Source: an uncultured Nitrososphaerales archaeon
GTDB taxonomy: Archaea; Thermoproteota; Nitrososphaeria; Nitrososphaerales; Nitrososphaeraceae
DNA length: 64,000 bases
Assembly: GCA_963841565.1 (NCBI GenBank)
Contig: CAWJCY010000006.1
Coordinates: 64,001-128,000 of the forward strand
Reading direction: 5' to 3'
Under the pieces are notes generated by a model. That model ran no database searches, was not told the DNA's origin, and saw nothing but the letters and a program-made list of their open reading frames with translations. This document shows, one piece after another, positions 63,410-64,000 of the stretch. Numbering within the stretch: position 1 is the stretch's first letter; every line of letters starts with the position of its first letter. Made by a program: the position numbers and the translations under genes.

Positions 63410-64000
63410 ATCGTCTTATGACCTAGGTAATCATAATTAGATAAATAATTATCTGGAAATCTCACCCTCGGCGAAGTGAGAAAGGCTAAAATTAATCGGT
63501 ATCACTGATTGTGCGCATCCTATGAATATTTCTAATATCCAAATTTATTAATTACCTAAACTATTCGCTTTGCCTTGCGATATGCAAAAAAAAACCGGCG
63601 TCAAATTTTAGGAGATTCATGAATTCGAAGAATCAATACCAATCACGGCCACAAAAGACCGATACGCTACTATTCAATTAAACTAGTCTCCGAAGCATTT
63701 CTTTTGAGATTATTGAAATGGTTAAGTATTAATTTTTAGAACTGGTCTATATCGCTATCTTCACTGGTTTCAACAGTTGAAAATTATAGCTGGCAGGTTT
63801 CCTAGAATATTATGCGATGATGCGCAGTTCGACGAAAACCAGTGGTCTCATAGTAGACATAAATGTGGATCAAAATATTTTTGTCCAATACGAAACGTGA
63901 CTCCTAGTGAAGAAATAAACTTTAATTAATAAAATCGAGTTTTGGAGTCCGCAAGTGGGTATTGGGACACTTATTCGGGATCAAATGCAGATGCTTAGAG

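Noticed and set aside
63777-63929. 50-codon ORF resembling a decayed zinc ribbon (LCDDA..HKCGSKYFC)
   Set aside because: Incomplete Cys pattern and TTG start without support; cannot be told from chance

Overview
Core-genome segment of an ammonia-oxidising archaeon, most likely a soil-type Nitrososphaeraceae (Nitrososphaerota/Thaumarchaeota). This is inferred from GatDE, TiaS, aTrm56, Cbf5, TFB, an HMf histone, L32e/L19e, a Ubl-E1 fusion, DnaJ-ferredoxin and BHB-intron tRNAs. It holds about 60 mostly housekeeping CDSs, many Cys/His-rich microproteins and five tRNAs (Ser-GGA, iMet-CAT, Val-TAC, Gly-CCC, Phe-GAA) with four introns, three at non-canonical positions. I found no CRISPR array, transposase, integrase or provirus, and no obvious novel multi-gene cluster. 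The strongest unexplained signal is that all eight single-base frameshifts I could reconstruct (tiaS, gatE, trm56 x2, pfkB x2, membrane gene x2), plus one tRNA substitution, lie in or next to the tetramer AGCT. This looks like the footprint of AGCT DNA methylation in basecalling errors, and the window encodes a fitting orphan SPPY-type methyltransferase. Other candidates are a ThrC + Ubl-E1 sulfur-relay operon with an upstream operator, a catalytically degenerate solo Cas4-like protein, a DtxR-like box at sod, a 525-aa orphan protein and a possible structured RNA. All product calls come from motif recognition, not database searches.
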